Assembly: GCF_033096445.1 (NCBI RefSeq)
Contig: NZ_AP028155.1
Coordinates: 561,880-625,879 of the forward strand
Source: Butyricimonas faecihominis
Lineage (GTDB): Bacteria > Bacteroidota > Bacteroidia > Bacteroidales > Marinifilaceae
Direction of reading: 5' to 3'
Length of the DNA: 64,000 nucleotides
Both the position numbers and the translations under genes were made by a program. Below are positions 1 to 10,473 of the stretch, piece by piece. Numbering within the stretch: position 1 is the stretch's first letter; each line of letters starts with the position of its first letter. The notes beneath the pieces were generated by a model. The model saw nothing but the letters and a program-made list of their open reading frames with translations, was not told the DNA's origin and made no database searches.

Positions 1-1
1 T

Positions 2-2410
2 CATTATGCGATTGTCGATGAGGTCGACTCCGTGTTGATCGATGATGCCCGTACCCCGTTGATTATTTCCGGTCCGGTTCCGAAGGGGGACATTCAGATG
101 TTTGACGAGTACAAACCTCGTGTGGAGAAGTTGGTGCGTATGCAGCGTGAGTTGGTTGCCCGGATTTTCACGGAAGCTAAAACGTTGTTGGCTAGCGGTG
201 ATCGGAAACAAGAGGAACAGGGGGCTATATTGTTGTTGAGAGCATATAAGGGATTACCCAAATATAAGCCATTGATCAAGTTCTTGAGTGAACAAGGAAA
301 CAAGGCAACCTTGGTGAAAACCGAGAATGTTTATATGCAGGAGAATAACCGTCGTATGCCGGAGATTACGGATGAACTTTATTTCGTGATCGATGAGAAA
401 CAGAACTCTATCGATTTGACGGATAAAGGGCATGATACGATTACGGCCGCGGGTGAAGATCCGAACTTCTTTATCTTGCCGGATGTGGGTTCTGAATTGG
501 CAGAGATCGATAAGATGAACCTGACTGAGGAAGAGAAGCTGGAGAAAAAAGACCAGATGGTGCAAAGTTATGCCGCCAAATCTGAGCGTGTACACACGGT
601 GAACCAGTTGTTGAAAGCATACACGTTGTTCGAATTGGATGTTGAATACGTGGTGATTGACAACAAGGTGAAGATCGTGGACGAGCAGACGGGACGTATC
701 ATGGAAGGACGCCGTTATTCAGACGGTTTGCACCAAGCTATCGAGGCGAAGGAAAACGTGAAAGTAGAGGCTGCCACGCAGACATTTGCCACGATCACCT
801 TACAGAATTATTTCCGTATGTACCATAAGTTAGCCGGTATGACCGGTACGGCAGAGACGGAAGCGGGTGAGTTCTGGGATATTTACAAATTGGATGTTGT
901 GGTTATCCCGACCAACAAACCGGTGATTCGAAAGGATGCTAATGACTACGTGTACAAGACGAAACGTGAAAAATATAATGCGGTGATCGAGGAGATTACC
1001 CGATTGGTTGGAGAAGGCCGCCCGGTGTTGGTGGGTACGACTTCCGTCGAGGTTTCCGAGTTGTTGAGCCGTATGTTGAAATTGCGGGGTATCAAGCATA
1101 ACGTATTGAATGCGAAGTTGCATCAACGGGAGGCAGATATTGTTGCAGAGGCCGGTAAATCACAGGTAGTTACGATTGCAACCAATATGGCCGGTCGTGG
1201 TACCGACATCAAGTTAAGTCCGGAGGTACGTGCAGCGGGAGGTTTGGCCATTATCGGTACGGAACGTCACGATTCACGTCGTGTAGACCGTCAGTTGAGA
1301 GGTCGTGCCGGACGTCAGGGAGACCCGGGTTCTTCTCAGTTCTTCGTGTCATTGGAAGATGATTTGATGCGTTTGTTCAGTTCCGAGAGAATCATTCGGG
1401 TGATGGACCGTTTGGGACACGAGGAAGGTGACGTGATTCAGCATTCCATGATTACCAAATCTATCGAGCGTGCACAACGTAAGGTGGAGGAAAATAACTT
1501 CGGTATTCGTAAGCGTTTGTTGGAATATGACGATGTGATGAACTCTCAACGTGAGGTGATCTACAAGAAGAGACGTCACGCTTTGTTGGGAGAGAGAATC
1601 GGAGTGGATATTGCCAACAATATGTATGATGTTTGCGAGACATTGGTGGAAGAACACAAGGATGCTAATGATTTGGAAAGCTTCCGTATGGATGTGTTGA
1701 AATATTTTGCCGTTGACTTTGATATAAAAGAAGAGGATTTCCAGAAGACTTCTGCCAACAATTTGACTGAGAGACTGTACAAGGAGGTTCGGGATACATT
1801 CAGTCGTAAGACGGAGACTATCGCTAAACAGGCGTTCCCGGTGATCAAGAATGTTTTCGAGCAGAGAGGAGAAATGTTCAAGAATATAGTAGTGCCGTTT
1901 ACCGATGGGAAACGGGCTTACAATGTCGTGGCTAATCTTGAGAAGACGTATAAATCTGAAGGTGAGGAGTTGATCCGTGCTTACGAGAAGTCTATCATGT
2001 TGGCTCATATCGATGACGCATGGAAAGAGCATTTGCGTGAAATGGATGATTTGAAACAATCCGTGCAGAATGCAACTTACGAGCAGAAAGACCCGTTATT
2101 GATCTATAAGTTCGAGTCATTCAACTTGTTCAAGAGTATGGTGGACAAAATCAACAAGAATGTCGTGTCTACTTTGATGAAGGGACAAATTCCTTTTGAG
2201 GCTCCTGAAGAAGTGAAACAGGCTGAAGAGAAACGAACCGATTTAAGCAAGATGCGTACGGGACGTAGTGATGCTCCTGCCGCTCAGACCAATCAAGCTC
2301 CCCGTAAAACCGAGCCCGTGAAAGTGGGTCCCAAGGTAGGACGTAATGATCCGTGTCCTTGCGGAAGTGGTAAGAAATACAAGAATTGCCACGGGAAGGG
2401 GGAAGAATAG
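2..2410 (+). CDS. secA: Preprotein translocase ATPase SecA, C-terminal ~800 aa. The gene is 5'-truncated by the window edge.
   Basis: The reading frame opens at the window start. It carries the SecA motor motifs [20 protein letters not shown] and [11 protein letters not shown]. The C-terminus ends with the Zn-finger [14 protein letters not shown]. Confidence 0.95.
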   Translation, partial: HYAIVDEVDSVLIDDARTPLIISGPVPKGDIQMFDEYKPRVEKLVRMQRELVARIFTEAKTLLASGDRKQEEQGAILLLRAYKGLPKYKPLIKFLSEQGNKATLVKTENVYMQENNRRMPEITDELYFVIDEKQNSIDLTDKGHDTITAAGEDPNFFILPDVGSELAEIDKMNLTEEEKLEKKDQMVQSYAAKSERVHTVNQLLKAYTLFELDVEYVVIDNKVKIVDEQTGRIMEGRRYSDGLHQAIEAKENVKVEAATQTFATITLQNYFRMYHKLAGMTGTAETEAGEFWDIYKLDVVVIPTNKPVIRKDANDYVYKTKREKYNAVIEEITRLVGEGRPVLVGTTSVEVSELLSRMLKLRGIKHNVLNAKLHQREADIVAEAGKSQVVTIATNMAGRGTDIKLSPEVRAAGGLAIIGTERHDSRRVDRQLRGRAGRQGDPGSSQFFVSLEDDLMRLFSSERIIRVMDRLGHEEGDVIQHSMITKSIERAQRKVEENNFGIRKRLLEYDDVMNSQREVIYKKRRHALLGERIGVDIANNMYDVCETLVEEHKDANDLESFRMDVLKYFAVDFDIKEEDFQKTSANNLTERLYKEVRDTFSRKTETIAKQAFPVIKNVFEQRGEMFKNIVVPFTDGKRAYNVVANLEKTYKSEGEELIRAYEKSIMLAHIDDAWKEHLREMDDLKQSVQNATYEQKDPLLIYKFESFNLFKSMVDKINKNVVSTLMKGQIPFEAPEEVKQAEEKRTDLSKMRTGRSDAPAAQTNQAPRKTEPVKVGPKVGRNDPCPCGSGKKYKNCHGKGEE

Positions 2411-2498
2411 ACTGATTCGGTGATTAAGAGATTTGATGATTCCGTGATTATGCAATCATTGAATCTCTTAATCATAATCACTAAATCACAAAATAATT

Positions 2499-3338
2499 AT
2501 GGTTTCATTATTTATCAATTGGGATGTTAGTCCCGAATTAATTAGTTTAGGTGGTTTCTCGATTCGTTATTACGGGTTATTATTCGCCTTGGCTTTCGTG
2601 TGCGGGTATAAGGTAGAGGAGAAGATGTTCAAGTCGGAAGGGTTGAGCCAGCAGTGGTTGGATAAGTTGTGGATATACGTGGCGGTTGCCACGGTGATCG
2701 GGGCCCGGTTGGGACATTGTTTCTTTTATGATTGGGCATATTATAGCGCTCATCCGTTTGAAATTATTCTACCGGTTCGATTCCAACCGGAATTCCGTTT
2801 TACCGGATATCAAGGGTTGGCTAGTCACGGGGCTGCAATCGGTATTATTGCCGGGTTGTGGTACTATTCCAAGAAGGTAAGTAGGAAATCAATATTCTGG
2901 ATTTTGGATCGTGCTGTAATTCCAATTGCGTTGGCAGGATTTTTTATCCGTATGGGAAATCTGATGAATTCGGAGATTGTCGGTTTACCGACTGATCTGC
3001 CTTGGGGATTCCGATTTGTACATTCCGGAATGCCTGATCCGTCGACACCCCGTCATCCGGCACAGTTGTATGAGGCGATTTGTTATCTGATCAGTTTTGC
3101 TGTTTTAATGCATTTGTATTGGAAGACGAAAGCGAAAGATCGTCAGGGCTTTCTTTTTGGAATGTTTTTGGTACTGATCTTTACCGCTCGTTTTGTGATC
3201 GAGTTTGTGAAAGAGAACCAGGAAGAATTTGAAAATGCCATGACCTTGAATATGGGACAATGGTTGAGTATTCCTTTTGTATTGATCGGGATTTACATGA
3301 TTTGGAGAAGCGGGAAAAAGATAAAAGTTAAAAACTAA
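2499..3338 (+). CDS. lgt: Prolipoprotein diacylglyceryl transferase
   Basis: 279-aa polytopic membrane protein with the Lgt signature (YGLLFALAFVCGY ... GHCFFYD ... RMGNLMNSEIVG). Confidence 0.85.
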   Translation: MVSLFINWDVSPELISLGGFSIRYYGLLFALAFVCGYKVEEKMFKSEGLSQQWLDKLWIYVAVATVIGARLGHCFFYDWAYYSAHPFEIILPVRFQPEFRFTGYQGLASHGAAIGIIAGLWYYSKKVSRKSIFWILDRAVIPIALAGFFIRMGNLMNSEIVGLPTDLPWGFRFVHSGMPDPSTPRHPAQLYEAICYLISFAVLMHLYWKTKAKDRQGFLFGMFLVLIFTARFVIEFVKENQEEFENAMTLNMGQWLSIPFVLIGIYMIWRSGKKIKVKN

Positions 3339-3352
3339 AATCTAAAATTAAA

Positions 3353-3826
3353 ATGGCATATAATCCGGAGTTTATGAAGGAGGCAATTCGTATTGCCGTG
3401 GAGAACGTGGAGAATGGGACAGGAGGACCGTTCGGGGCGGTAGTTGTACGGGATGGTAAGATTATCGCAACCTCCGGGAATACGGTTGTGCCGGATAATG
3501 ATCCCACGGCTCACGCGGAAGTGAATGCTATTCGTAGGGCTTGTAGGCAACTTGATTCTTTCCAGTTGAAAGGTTGTGAGATTTATTCCAGTTGTGAACC
3601 GTGTCCCATGTGTTTGGGGGCAATATACTGGGCTAGACCTGAACGGGTGTATTATGCCTGCACGAAGGAGGATGCCGCTGTCGGTGGCTTTGATGATTCT
3701 TTTATCTATAAAGAGATCGTGTTGGATGGGCCTATGCGTTGTATCCCGTTTGAGAATAAACGAGAAGAGGGTGCGGGAGAGGAATTCAGGCTTTGGCAGA
3801 CGACCAATAATAAAACGAGATATTAG
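3353..3826 (+). CDS. Zinc-dependent nucleoside/nucleotide deaminase (TadA / CMP-dCMP deaminase family)
   Basis: HAEVNAI ... CEPCPMCLGAIYWARPERVYYA, which is the H(A/C)E ... PCxxC zinc-binding deaminase motif. 157 aa. Confidence 0.8.
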   Translation: MAYNPEFMKEAIRIAVENVENGTGGPFGAVVVRDGKIIATSGNTVVPDNDPTAHAEVNAIRRACRQLDSFQLKGCEIYSSCEPCPMCLGAIYWARPERVYYACTKEDAAVGGFDDSFIYKEIVLDGPMRCIPFENKREEGAGEEFRLWQTTNNKTRY

Positions 3827-3905
3827 AAAAGGAGAGTCAAAATTTTTTTGACTCTTTTTTTATATCCTCTCTTTTTCGTGTTCTAAATGAAATTGTTATT
3901 CCGTT

Positions 3906-3922
3906 TAAATTTGTTATATTTG
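3906..3922 (+). promoter_or_regulatory. Candidate Bacteroidota sigma-A -7 boxes (TAAATTTG / TATATTTG) upstream of the 3982 membrane-protein gene
   Basis: Two overlapping TAnnTTTG matches lie 60-75 bp upstream of the ATG. The preceding gene ends with a hairpin plus T-run at about 3831-3851. Confidence 0.35.
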
Positions 3923-3981
3923 TGAATGACAACGTGGTAGGTCGTGTGTAGAATTTAATTACTCAACCTAAATTTAGAATT

Positions 3982-4587
3982 ATGGAAAAGAAATTGGACT
4001 TTGGTAGCGTGTTATCGCAAGGTTTTTTGGTGGGAATGAAAAATCTGCCTTCTCTTTTGGGTGCAATTGTATTATGGCTTTTGACGATCTGGATTCCTTA
4101 CGTGAATGTGGGGACCACGATAGCTATCATGACGATTCCCATTAAATTCAGTAAAGGAGAGATTTTTTCCCCTCTCTGTATTTTCGAGAAACAATATTAT
4201 CGTTATATGGGTGAGTTCTTTTTGACTTGTGGGTGGTACACGGCAGGGGTGTTGATGGCCATGATTTTTCTTGTTGTACCCGGTATCGTGTTGGGGATTA
4301 TTTGGAGTCAAGCCCTTTATCTTGTACTGGACAAGGGGGTGAACCCGGCCAAAGCGTTATCATTGAGTAATAAAATGACTTATGGCAACAAATGGATCAT
4401 TTTTGCCGTGATGTTTGTTGTTTATCTAGCCTTTTTAGTGGCATCCCTGTTATTGACTTGGATTCCGTTTATCGGGGTTATTATTGCATTTTGTTTGATG
4501 GTTATTTATATGGCCATGATATTGGGTTGTTCCGGGATGATATATGGTAAATTGTTGGAAAATTTGACAGAAGAAGATCTTAGATAA
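3982..4587 (+). CDS. Hypothetical polytopic inner-membrane protein
   Basis: 201-aa ORF with about 5 hydrophobic helices. No recognisable catalytic motif. Confidence 0.6.
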   Translation: MEKKLDFGSVLSQGFLVGMKNLPSLLGAIVLWLLTIWIPYVNVGTTIAIMTIPIKFSKGEIFSPLCIFEKQYYRYMGEFFLTCGWYTAGVLMAMIFLVVPGIVLGIIWSQALYLVLDKGVNPAKALSLSNKMTYGNKWIIFAVMFVVYLAFLVASLLLTWIPFIGVIIAFCLMVIYMAMILGCSGMIYGKLLENLTEEDLR

Positions 4588-4605
4588 GATCGCGTAAATA
4601 TTGAA

Positions 4606-4643
4606 AAAGACGCCGTGTCCACGAGATTGCGGCGTCTTTTTTT
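4606..4643 (+). terminator. Rho-independent terminator
   Basis: Hairpin AAGACGCCG...CGGCGTCTT followed by TTTTTTTG. Confidence 0.7.
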
Positions 4644-4795
4644 GTTTTGTAGGTTGCGAACTTTCTCTTTTTTTATTAAATTTGTAAACATCAGGCATTT
4701 ATTTTCTATATGAATGTTCGAAACCCTGACTTCCGGGGACTTGTTTGGGCGATATCCATTTGTCGTTTTTGTTTAATCTAAGATAAGGAGAAAAT

Positions 4796-6895
4796 GTGAA
4801 GGAGAAAGATGTATTGAATTTTTCGTGTGTAGAGTTGGTGAGTTTATTTGAGCGGGAGTTCCCGACGATCATGCAAGGTGCAAGCCTTAGTAAGGATTGG
4901 AAAGAGTTTGAACAATTCCTGAAGGGGTACGTGCGTGCCGCTTTGACAAAATATTCGACTTCTTCGTCTATAAAACGATTTTTCCGGATGTTTATGAACG
5001 AGACCCGGCATATTCGTGATTTTTCCACGGGGGAGAAGATTCGTTATGAACCGATTAAATGGTTATGGCAAGCTTTACGGGGAGAGGGGGATGGCATACA
5101 TCCGGATTTTTTGTTGGATTGGTATTATCTATTTAAGAAATACCAGACAGATGAAGTCGTTTTACCGGAGCGGGCACGATGTGATCAATGGCGGGGACGT
5201 TGGAAAACCGGGATGGATGAGGATGTAGCTCAAGAGCGACGGGAGAACCGGGAGCGGATATGTGGTTTGTTGATCGAGAAAATAGAGAAGAGAGATAAGT
5301 TGAATACCCGTTATCGTTTTGAAGAGGGAATGAGCATGGAGAGAAAACGGGAGTTGGTGAGTGAATGGTGGGGGGATTATAAATTTCATCTCGCTTTAGC
5401 TGTCCGGGAACCGGATGAGTTGAACCTGTTCATGGGTAACACGTTATCGCCGGAGTTAATGGAGCTTTTACACCGGGCGAGGCAGAAAGGAATCCCGTTT
5501 TTCGTGACACCCTATTATCTTTCCTTGTTGAGCGTTCGGACGGATGGGTACGATGATTCCACGATTCGTAGTTACGTGATCTATTCCGAAGAGCTGGTGG
5601 AGAATTTCGGGCAAATCCGTGCGTGGGAAAAAGAGGATGTGGTGGAACCGGGAAAACCGAATGCTGCCGGGTGGTTGTTGCCCAATGCCACGAATATTCA
5701 TCGTCGTTATCCCGAAGTGGCTATTTTCATCCCGGATTCGATGGGACGGGCTTGTGGCGGGCTGTGCGCTTTATGCCAGCGAATGTACGACTTTCAGAAA
5801 GGACATTTGAATTTTAACTTGGATCGGCTGAAACCGACAGACGGGTGGGAAGTCAAGATGGAGCGTCTGATGATGTATTACGAGCATGATTCTCAATTAC
5901 GGGATATTTTGATCACGGGAGGGGATGCTCTGATGAGTCAGAACCAGACGTTGGAGAAAATTCTGGATGCTGTTTTCCGTATGGCCGTGCGCAAGCGAGA
6001 ATTGAACAAACGGCGTGGGAAAGGGAAAAAATATGCCGAGATACAACGGGTGAGATTGGGTTCGAGGTTATTGGCTTATTTACCCAGTCGTGTAAATGAC
6101 GGTTTGATCGAAGTGTTGAAAAGATTCCGGGAGAAGGCGGAACAGGTCGGGATTCAGCAATTTTTCATACAGACTCATTTCGAGTCGCCTTTGGAAGTGA
6201 CCGAGGAGGTGATTCAGGCTACCCGACGCTTGCTGGAGGCCGGATGGATTATCACCAATCAGGCTGTGTTCACTGTGGCAGTTTCACGTCGGGGACATAC
6301 GGCGAGGTTGAGAGAGGTTTTGAATCGAATCGGTATTCTGACCTATTATACCTTTTCCGTGAAGGGATTCGAGGAGAATTATGCCTTGTTTGCCCCGAAT
6401 AGTCGTTCGCTACAAGAGATGTTGGAGGAAAAAGTGTACGGAGATTTACCCGTGGAGTTGGAAAAGGAGATCTTGGAATTGTTGAAATACCCGGAAAGGA
6501 TTCCCTCTGAATTACCGGATTTGTTGGATAAATACTGGCAACCGTTTTTGGCCACGGATCGAAACGTGATGAACCTGCCCGGAATCGGGAAGAGCATGAC
6601 GTACCAGACGGTCGGGATGACAAAGGAGGGAAAGCGTATTTTACGTTTTTCTCTGGACGTGGGACGACGACATAGCCCTCAAGTGGATCACGAGGGAGAG
6701 ATTTATATCGTGGAAAGTAAGTCGATCGCGGCTTATTTACGCCAATTGCAAGCGTTGGGCGAACGTGTGGAGGATTATAGTTCGTTGTGGGATTATACTG
6801 AAGGGCGCACGGAATCCCGTTTTGCCCTTTTTGAATATCCGGAACCGAGAATTGAAATCACGGGGGATTTCACGAATCTGGAAATTGATTCGTGA
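4796..6895 (+). CDS. KamA-family (lysine 2,3-aminomutase-like) radical SAM protein with a ~230-aa N-terminal extension
   Basis: CGGLCALCQR is a CxxxCxxC radical-SAM cluster motif. It is preceded by the KamA-type motif IPFFVTPYYLSLL. 699 aa with a GTG start. The stop abuts the convergent paralog-A gene. Confidence 0.75.
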   Translation: MKEKDVLNFSCVELVSLFEREFPTIMQGASLSKDWKEFEQFLKGYVRAALTKYSTSSSIKRFFRMFMNETRHIRDFSTGEKIRYEPIKWLWQALRGEGDGIHPDFLLDWYYLFKKYQTDEVVLPERARCDQWRGRWKTGMDEDVAQERRENRERICGLLIEKIEKRDKLNTRYRFEEGMSMERKRELVSEWWGDYKFHLALAVREPDELNLFMGNTLSPELMELLHRARQKGIPFFVTPYYLSLLSVRTDGYDDSTIRSYVIYSEELVENFGQIRAWEKEDVVEPGKPNAAGWLLPNATNIHRRYPEVAIFIPDSMGRACGGLCALCQRMYDFQKGHLNFNLDRLKPTDGWEVKMERLMMYYEHDSQLRDILITGGDALMSQNQTLEKILDAVFRMAVRKRELNKRRGKGKKYAEIQRVRLGSRLLAYLPSRVNDGLIEVLKRFREKAEQVGIQQFFIQTHFESPLEVTEEVIQATRRLLEAGWIITNQAVFTVAVSRRGHTARLREVLNRIGILTYYTFSVKGFEENYALFAPNSRSLQEMLEEKVYGDLPVELEKEILELLKYPERIPSELPDLLDKYWQPFLATDRNVMNLPGIGKSMTYQTVGMTKEGKRILRFSLDVGRRHSPQVDHEGEIYIVESKSIAAYLRQLQALGERVEDYSSLWDYTEGRTESRFALFEYPEPRIEITGDFTNLEIDS

Positions 6896-7537
6896 TCAGG
6901 CGTCCCCGTTAGTTTCGAGTAATCCCAGTGTCCCCGATGCGTTCTGCCCGTTTGCGCTGACAGCGAAACCGTACACGACCAGTTGATTCACGTCCCAGTC
7001 TTCCGGTAACGACCATTCTTCTTCCCCGCTTGTACCTCTAGTTCCGAGTTCCACGAGCCGGCTTTTCTTTTCTTCCCGTTCATGAATCACACCCATCAAG
7101 CGGTCTTCTTTAGCCATGAAAGGCATTAATGGTTGTTGTTTCCACCGGAACGTGACCAGCCGTTTTTCCTTGTTCACTTCAGCCTCGATGAGGGGTAATC
7201 GTAACCCGCCACCGGAGAGCGAGAGCGTCAACAGGTCCACGGTGGGATTTTCCACGTCATCGGCGTTTACTTTGTGAATATTGTCACGGGTGAAGCAGTT
7301 GGCGCATATTTTGCCGGAGGGGGAACAATACCCCACGGATAGGATTTTGAGGAAACGGCGACGCAATTTCGTGATCAGGCTAAGTCTGGCACGTTGTTTC
7401 AATTGTTCCGGGGTTTTCGCATCCTTCACGAAACCCGGTTTTCCTCTCGCGATTTGAGTTTTACCCACTTTGTAGGAGGTTACGTTGCCGACGGAACCGG
7501 AGATGTCTTGAAATATGGTCGGTTTAAAGATTGCCAT
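6896..7537 (-). CDS. Uncharacterised 213-aa protein, paralog A of a tandem pair
   Basis: No signal peptide. Shares the N-terminal SG.(V/I)G..V(T/S)Y.VG..T.AR motif and an LS.G.L.LP motif with the adjacent 7550-8191 ORF. Confidence 0.6.
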   Translation of the reverse strand: MAIFKPTIFQDISGSVGNVTSYKVGKTQIARGKPGFVKDAKTPEQLKQRARLSLITKLRRRFLKILSVGYCSPSGKICANCFTRDNIHKVNADDVENPTVDLLTLSLSGGGLRLPLIEAEVNKEKRLVTFRWKQQPLMPFMAKEDRLMGVIHEREEKKSRLVELGTRGTSGEEEWSLPEDWDVNQLVVYGFAVSANGQNASGTLGLLETNGDA

Positions 7538-7549
7538 GATATTCGTGTT

Positions 7550-8191
7550 TTAAGATTTGGAAGTAGAGAAATACATGCAGGGGGAGTAACGTTTCCCGTC
7601 TTGGGCAGCGAAAAAGCAATATAAATGGGCTGTTGTCCATGTTCCTTCCGGGACGGGTACGATGGCTTTTCCATTTGATCGGCAGAATCCCGTGTCATCC
7701 AGCACGACGGGTTGATAGGGTTCGTTGTCAAAGATGGCGGCAACGGTCAGTTGGTCGGTCGCTTGCGCGGTGACGGTTGACGTGTTATCCAGCCACTCCA
7801 GTTCCAGTTTGTCTGCGTGAATGGCCGTGGCTTTCATCCCGAAAGGTAATTGCAGGCTACCATCCGACAGGACTAGCCGGGGGTAATCGATGTAGTCATT
7901 CGGGCCGAACATATTCATGTTTGCGTGAAGGAACCAGTGGTAGCCGGAGCGTCGTTCCTCTTCCCGTGCCACGAGCGTGTACACTTTTTCCAGCATGCTT
8001 CCTCGTGTGGCACGATACATGGTCTGGGCTCCGGGGAGCTTTGAACGTTGTGTCGTTTGTCCTTCCGAACGCGGGTTGCTGATGGTGTCTGCCAATTTTC
8101 GGGCATACGTTTTATTTCCTACCGTGTAAGTCACGTATCCCCCGATTTTCCCGGAGGCTCCTTGTAATACCGAATCGTTTAATGTTGCCAT
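7550..8191 (-). CDS. Uncharacterised 213-aa protein, paralog B of a tandem pair
   Basis: Same length and conserved motifs as 6896-7537. The intergenic gap is 12 bp. It lies downstream of the HK/RR pair on the same strand. Confidence 0.6.
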   Translation of the reverse strand: MATLNDSVLQGASGKIGGYVTYTVGNKTYARKLADTISNPRSEGQTTQRSKLPGAQTMYRATRGSMLEKVYTLVAREEERRSGYHWFLHANMNMFGPNDYIDYPRLVLSDGSLQLPFGMKATAIHADKLELEWLDNTSTVTAQATDQLTVAAIFDNEPYQPVVLDDTGFCRSNGKAIVPVPEGTWTTAHLYCFFAAQDGKRYSPCMYFSTSKS

Positions 8192-8352
8192 GTATTTTCT
8201 GATTTTGTTGACCTTTCGGTCGTGTTTATGAGTCAGTCTCCTATTTTAAGACTAAAATAATGCTATGTAGGAGTTTTCAAATGTAGATAGATTACTTTAA
8301 AAAAACAAATTAATTGCAATATTTAATTTTAATTGTAGGAGGGGGATAGGGC

Positions 8353-8428
8353 CGGAATGGGAGCGGAATGGGAGCGGCTCGCAATTTGATAAGAATATGT
8401 TAGTGATAATGTCACGTTTTGTGACATT
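8353..8428. promoter_or_regulatory. Candidate operator region: tandem 11-mer GGAATGGGAGC x2 plus palindrome AATGTCAC-N5-GTGACATT
   Basis: Direct reading of the RR/paralog-B intergenic region. The palindrome is at 8408-8428 and the tandem 11-mers at 8353-8376. Confidence 0.4.
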
Positions 8429-8471
8429 AATTTGCATTTATGTATTTGAGGGCCTAGGGTGAATTTTTATA

Positions 8472-9185
8472 CTACAAGCCGTTCACGAGTTTGTAACCTC
8501 GAGCAAATTCGTTTTGGATAGCGATGCTTTTATCCGCTTTCAGTTTTTTATTCAGCAGGCAGACGTATCTGGTGAGGGCTTTTTCCTTGTCTGTGGTATA
8601 GACACCCCAGAGCGTTTCGCACATTTCCACGGTGGGAATCACCTCGTTGATCCGCAGGCAGAATAGCCATAAGATGTTTGATTCCATACTTTTCAACTCT
8701 TCTCGTTTGCCGGAGATGGTGAGCAGTCGGTTGTTTTTGTTGAAGGTGGTGTCGGGAGAGACGCGGAAAAGGCCTTGTTCTTTTTCCGTGTTCAATCGTT
8801 TGGTTCTGGCGATAGCCTTGTCCAAGCGAGCTTTCACGTCGTCCACGCTACAACCTTTCACGAGATAATCGTCGGCTCCCTCGTACAGGGCATGGTTGTG
8901 ATTGACGGAACTGAGAATCACGATCGGAACCTGATCCCCTTTTTCCCGTACAAGGCGAATCAGTTCGTGGCCGTCTTTTCCCGGTAGGTCCATGTCAAGT
9001 AACAGGAGATCCCAAGCTCCGGTTTCGTATAGTTGCCATGCCTTGTTCCCTTCTTTGGCAAGGGTTACCGTGTACCCGGCTTCTTCAAGGATTTCCGTGT
9101 ATATCATGGCGGCCGTGGTGTTGTCCTCGGCATAGAGTATATTTATTTTTTCTTCCATTTGCGTAAGTATATCGTGAATGTACAT
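8472..9185 (-). CDS. Response regulator transcription factor (receiver plus OmpR/PhoB-type winged helix)
   Basis: Receiver domain with acidic pocket and DMDLPGKDG. The C-terminal winged-helix region (LTRYVCLL ... ARGYKL) is OmpR-like. Overlaps the kinase gene by 43 nt. Confidence 0.85.
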   Translation of the reverse strand: MYIHDILTQMEEKINILYAEDNTTAAMIYTEILEEAGYTVTLAKEGNKAWQLYETGAWDLLLLDMDLPGKDGHELIRLVREKGDQVPIVILSSVNHNHALYEGADDYLVKGCSVDDVKARLDKAIARTKRLNTEKEQGLFRVSPDTTFNKNNRLLTISGKREELKSMESNILWLFCLRINEVIPTVEMCETLWGVYTTDKEKALTRYVCLLNKKLKADKSIAIQNEFARGYKLVNGL

Positions 9186-10345
9186 CCTTTTCCCGGCGGG
9201 CTGTCCACCGTGATTTTTCCCTTGTGGGCTTTGATGACGTTGTAGACGTATGTCAAGCCTAAACCGTATCCTTTTTTACTGGTAGAGTCTTTGTTTGCCT
9301 GATAATATTTGTTGAAAATATATTTTTGTTGCTTTTTGGGAATACCGGGACCGTTGTCCCTTATTTCTATAACGAAGGTTCCTCTTTTTTGGTAACAGAT
9401 TACGGTGATCTGTGGCGTTTCTCCGCTGTATTTCACGGCATTATCCAAGAGATTTTGAAGAGCGCCGAGTAGGTAGAAATGTGATGCATAAACAATTTCG
9501 GATTCAACGAGATAGCGCAGGTTTAACTGGATATCTTTTTGTTCGTGGTTGGCGAGGTATTGTTTCTCGAATAACGAGAGTATCTCGTTTTTCAGGTTAA
9601 ATTCGTCCCGGGTGATGTTCAAGTGGGCGAGCCCACTTAACGTTTTAAGCAATTGCTGAGAGCTTGTTTTCAGTTGGTTGGCTTCTTCTTGGATGAGCCT
9701 AATTTTCGCACGTCCCTTTTCGTCATCCTCGGGGATGGATTTCTTTTCTACAAGTTCAGACAGGGTAACGATACTTGCGAGAGGGGTCTTCCAGTCATGC
9801 ACGACTTGTTTAATCATTTCTTCCTGAAGGCGGGATAGATGTTGTTGGGCGTGGGAGAGGTATTGTAAACCTAGAACAAGTAGTAGTGTCAGTGCGACAA
9901 TGGCGAGGATGTCTTGCCATGATTCCTCTAAAAAGAAGGAGATTGGAAAATTGTAATAAATGGCCAAGGATTCGTGGGAAAGATTATTTATCGGAAAACT
10001 GTTTCCTCGTGTTATGTCGGGCGTAGGCGTTTTGTGATGCTGGAATCGGACTATGATTTGATTTGTGCTGTCTAATTGTGCGATGGTGAAATGAACGGCA
10101 TCGGGTGTTTGGGAGCGTAATACGCTGTCTAATGACAAGAAAAGATGGGTTCGTTCTTGAACGGAGTCCGTTTGCAGGATTTCCACGTACGGGGGAATAA
10201 CTGATTCTATTATAGAATCCATGTGAATCTGCCAGCGTGTCTTGACGGTTTCGTATAATTTAATACCGGAGAATAATTGATTGATCCACAATAAAATGAA
10301 TATCGTGAACGTGATATAACCTATTATTCTTAAATCGTGTTTCAT
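9143..10345 (-). CDS. Sensor histidine kinase (two TM helices, periplasmic sensor domain, HisKA and HATPase_c)
   Basis: H-box HDWKTPLASI, N-box LLDNAVKYS, G-box GYGLGLTYV. 400 aa. Confidence 0.9.
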   Translation of the reverse strand: MKHDLRIIGYITFTIFILLWINQLFSGIKLYETVKTRWQIHMDSIIESVIPPYVEILQTDSVQERTHLFLSLDSVLRSQTPDAVHFTIAQLDSTNQIIVRFQHHKTPTPDITRGNSFPINNLSHESLAIYYNFPISFFLEESWQDILAIVALTLLLVLGLQYLSHAQQHLSRLQEEMIKQVVHDWKTPLASIVTLSELVEKKSIPEDDEKGRAKIRLIQEEANQLKTSSQQLLKTLSGLAHLNITRDEFNLKNEILSLFEKQYLANHEQKDIQLNLRYLVESEIVYASHFYLLGALQNLLDNAVKYSGETPQITVICYQKRGTFVIEIRDNGPGIPKKQQKYIFNKYYQANKDSTSKKGYGLGLTYVYNVIKAHKGKITVDSPPGKGCTFTIYLRKWKKK

Positions 10346-10473
10346 TCACTTTTCTTTTGCTATTTCAACATGCACGTTTGTTGAATGGTTACCGCCACAT
10401 AGACGAGACGAAATTACGTATTTAGAATTGATTTTACAAGGAGTTGTGGTTGAGCGATATGTCGGGAGTGAAA

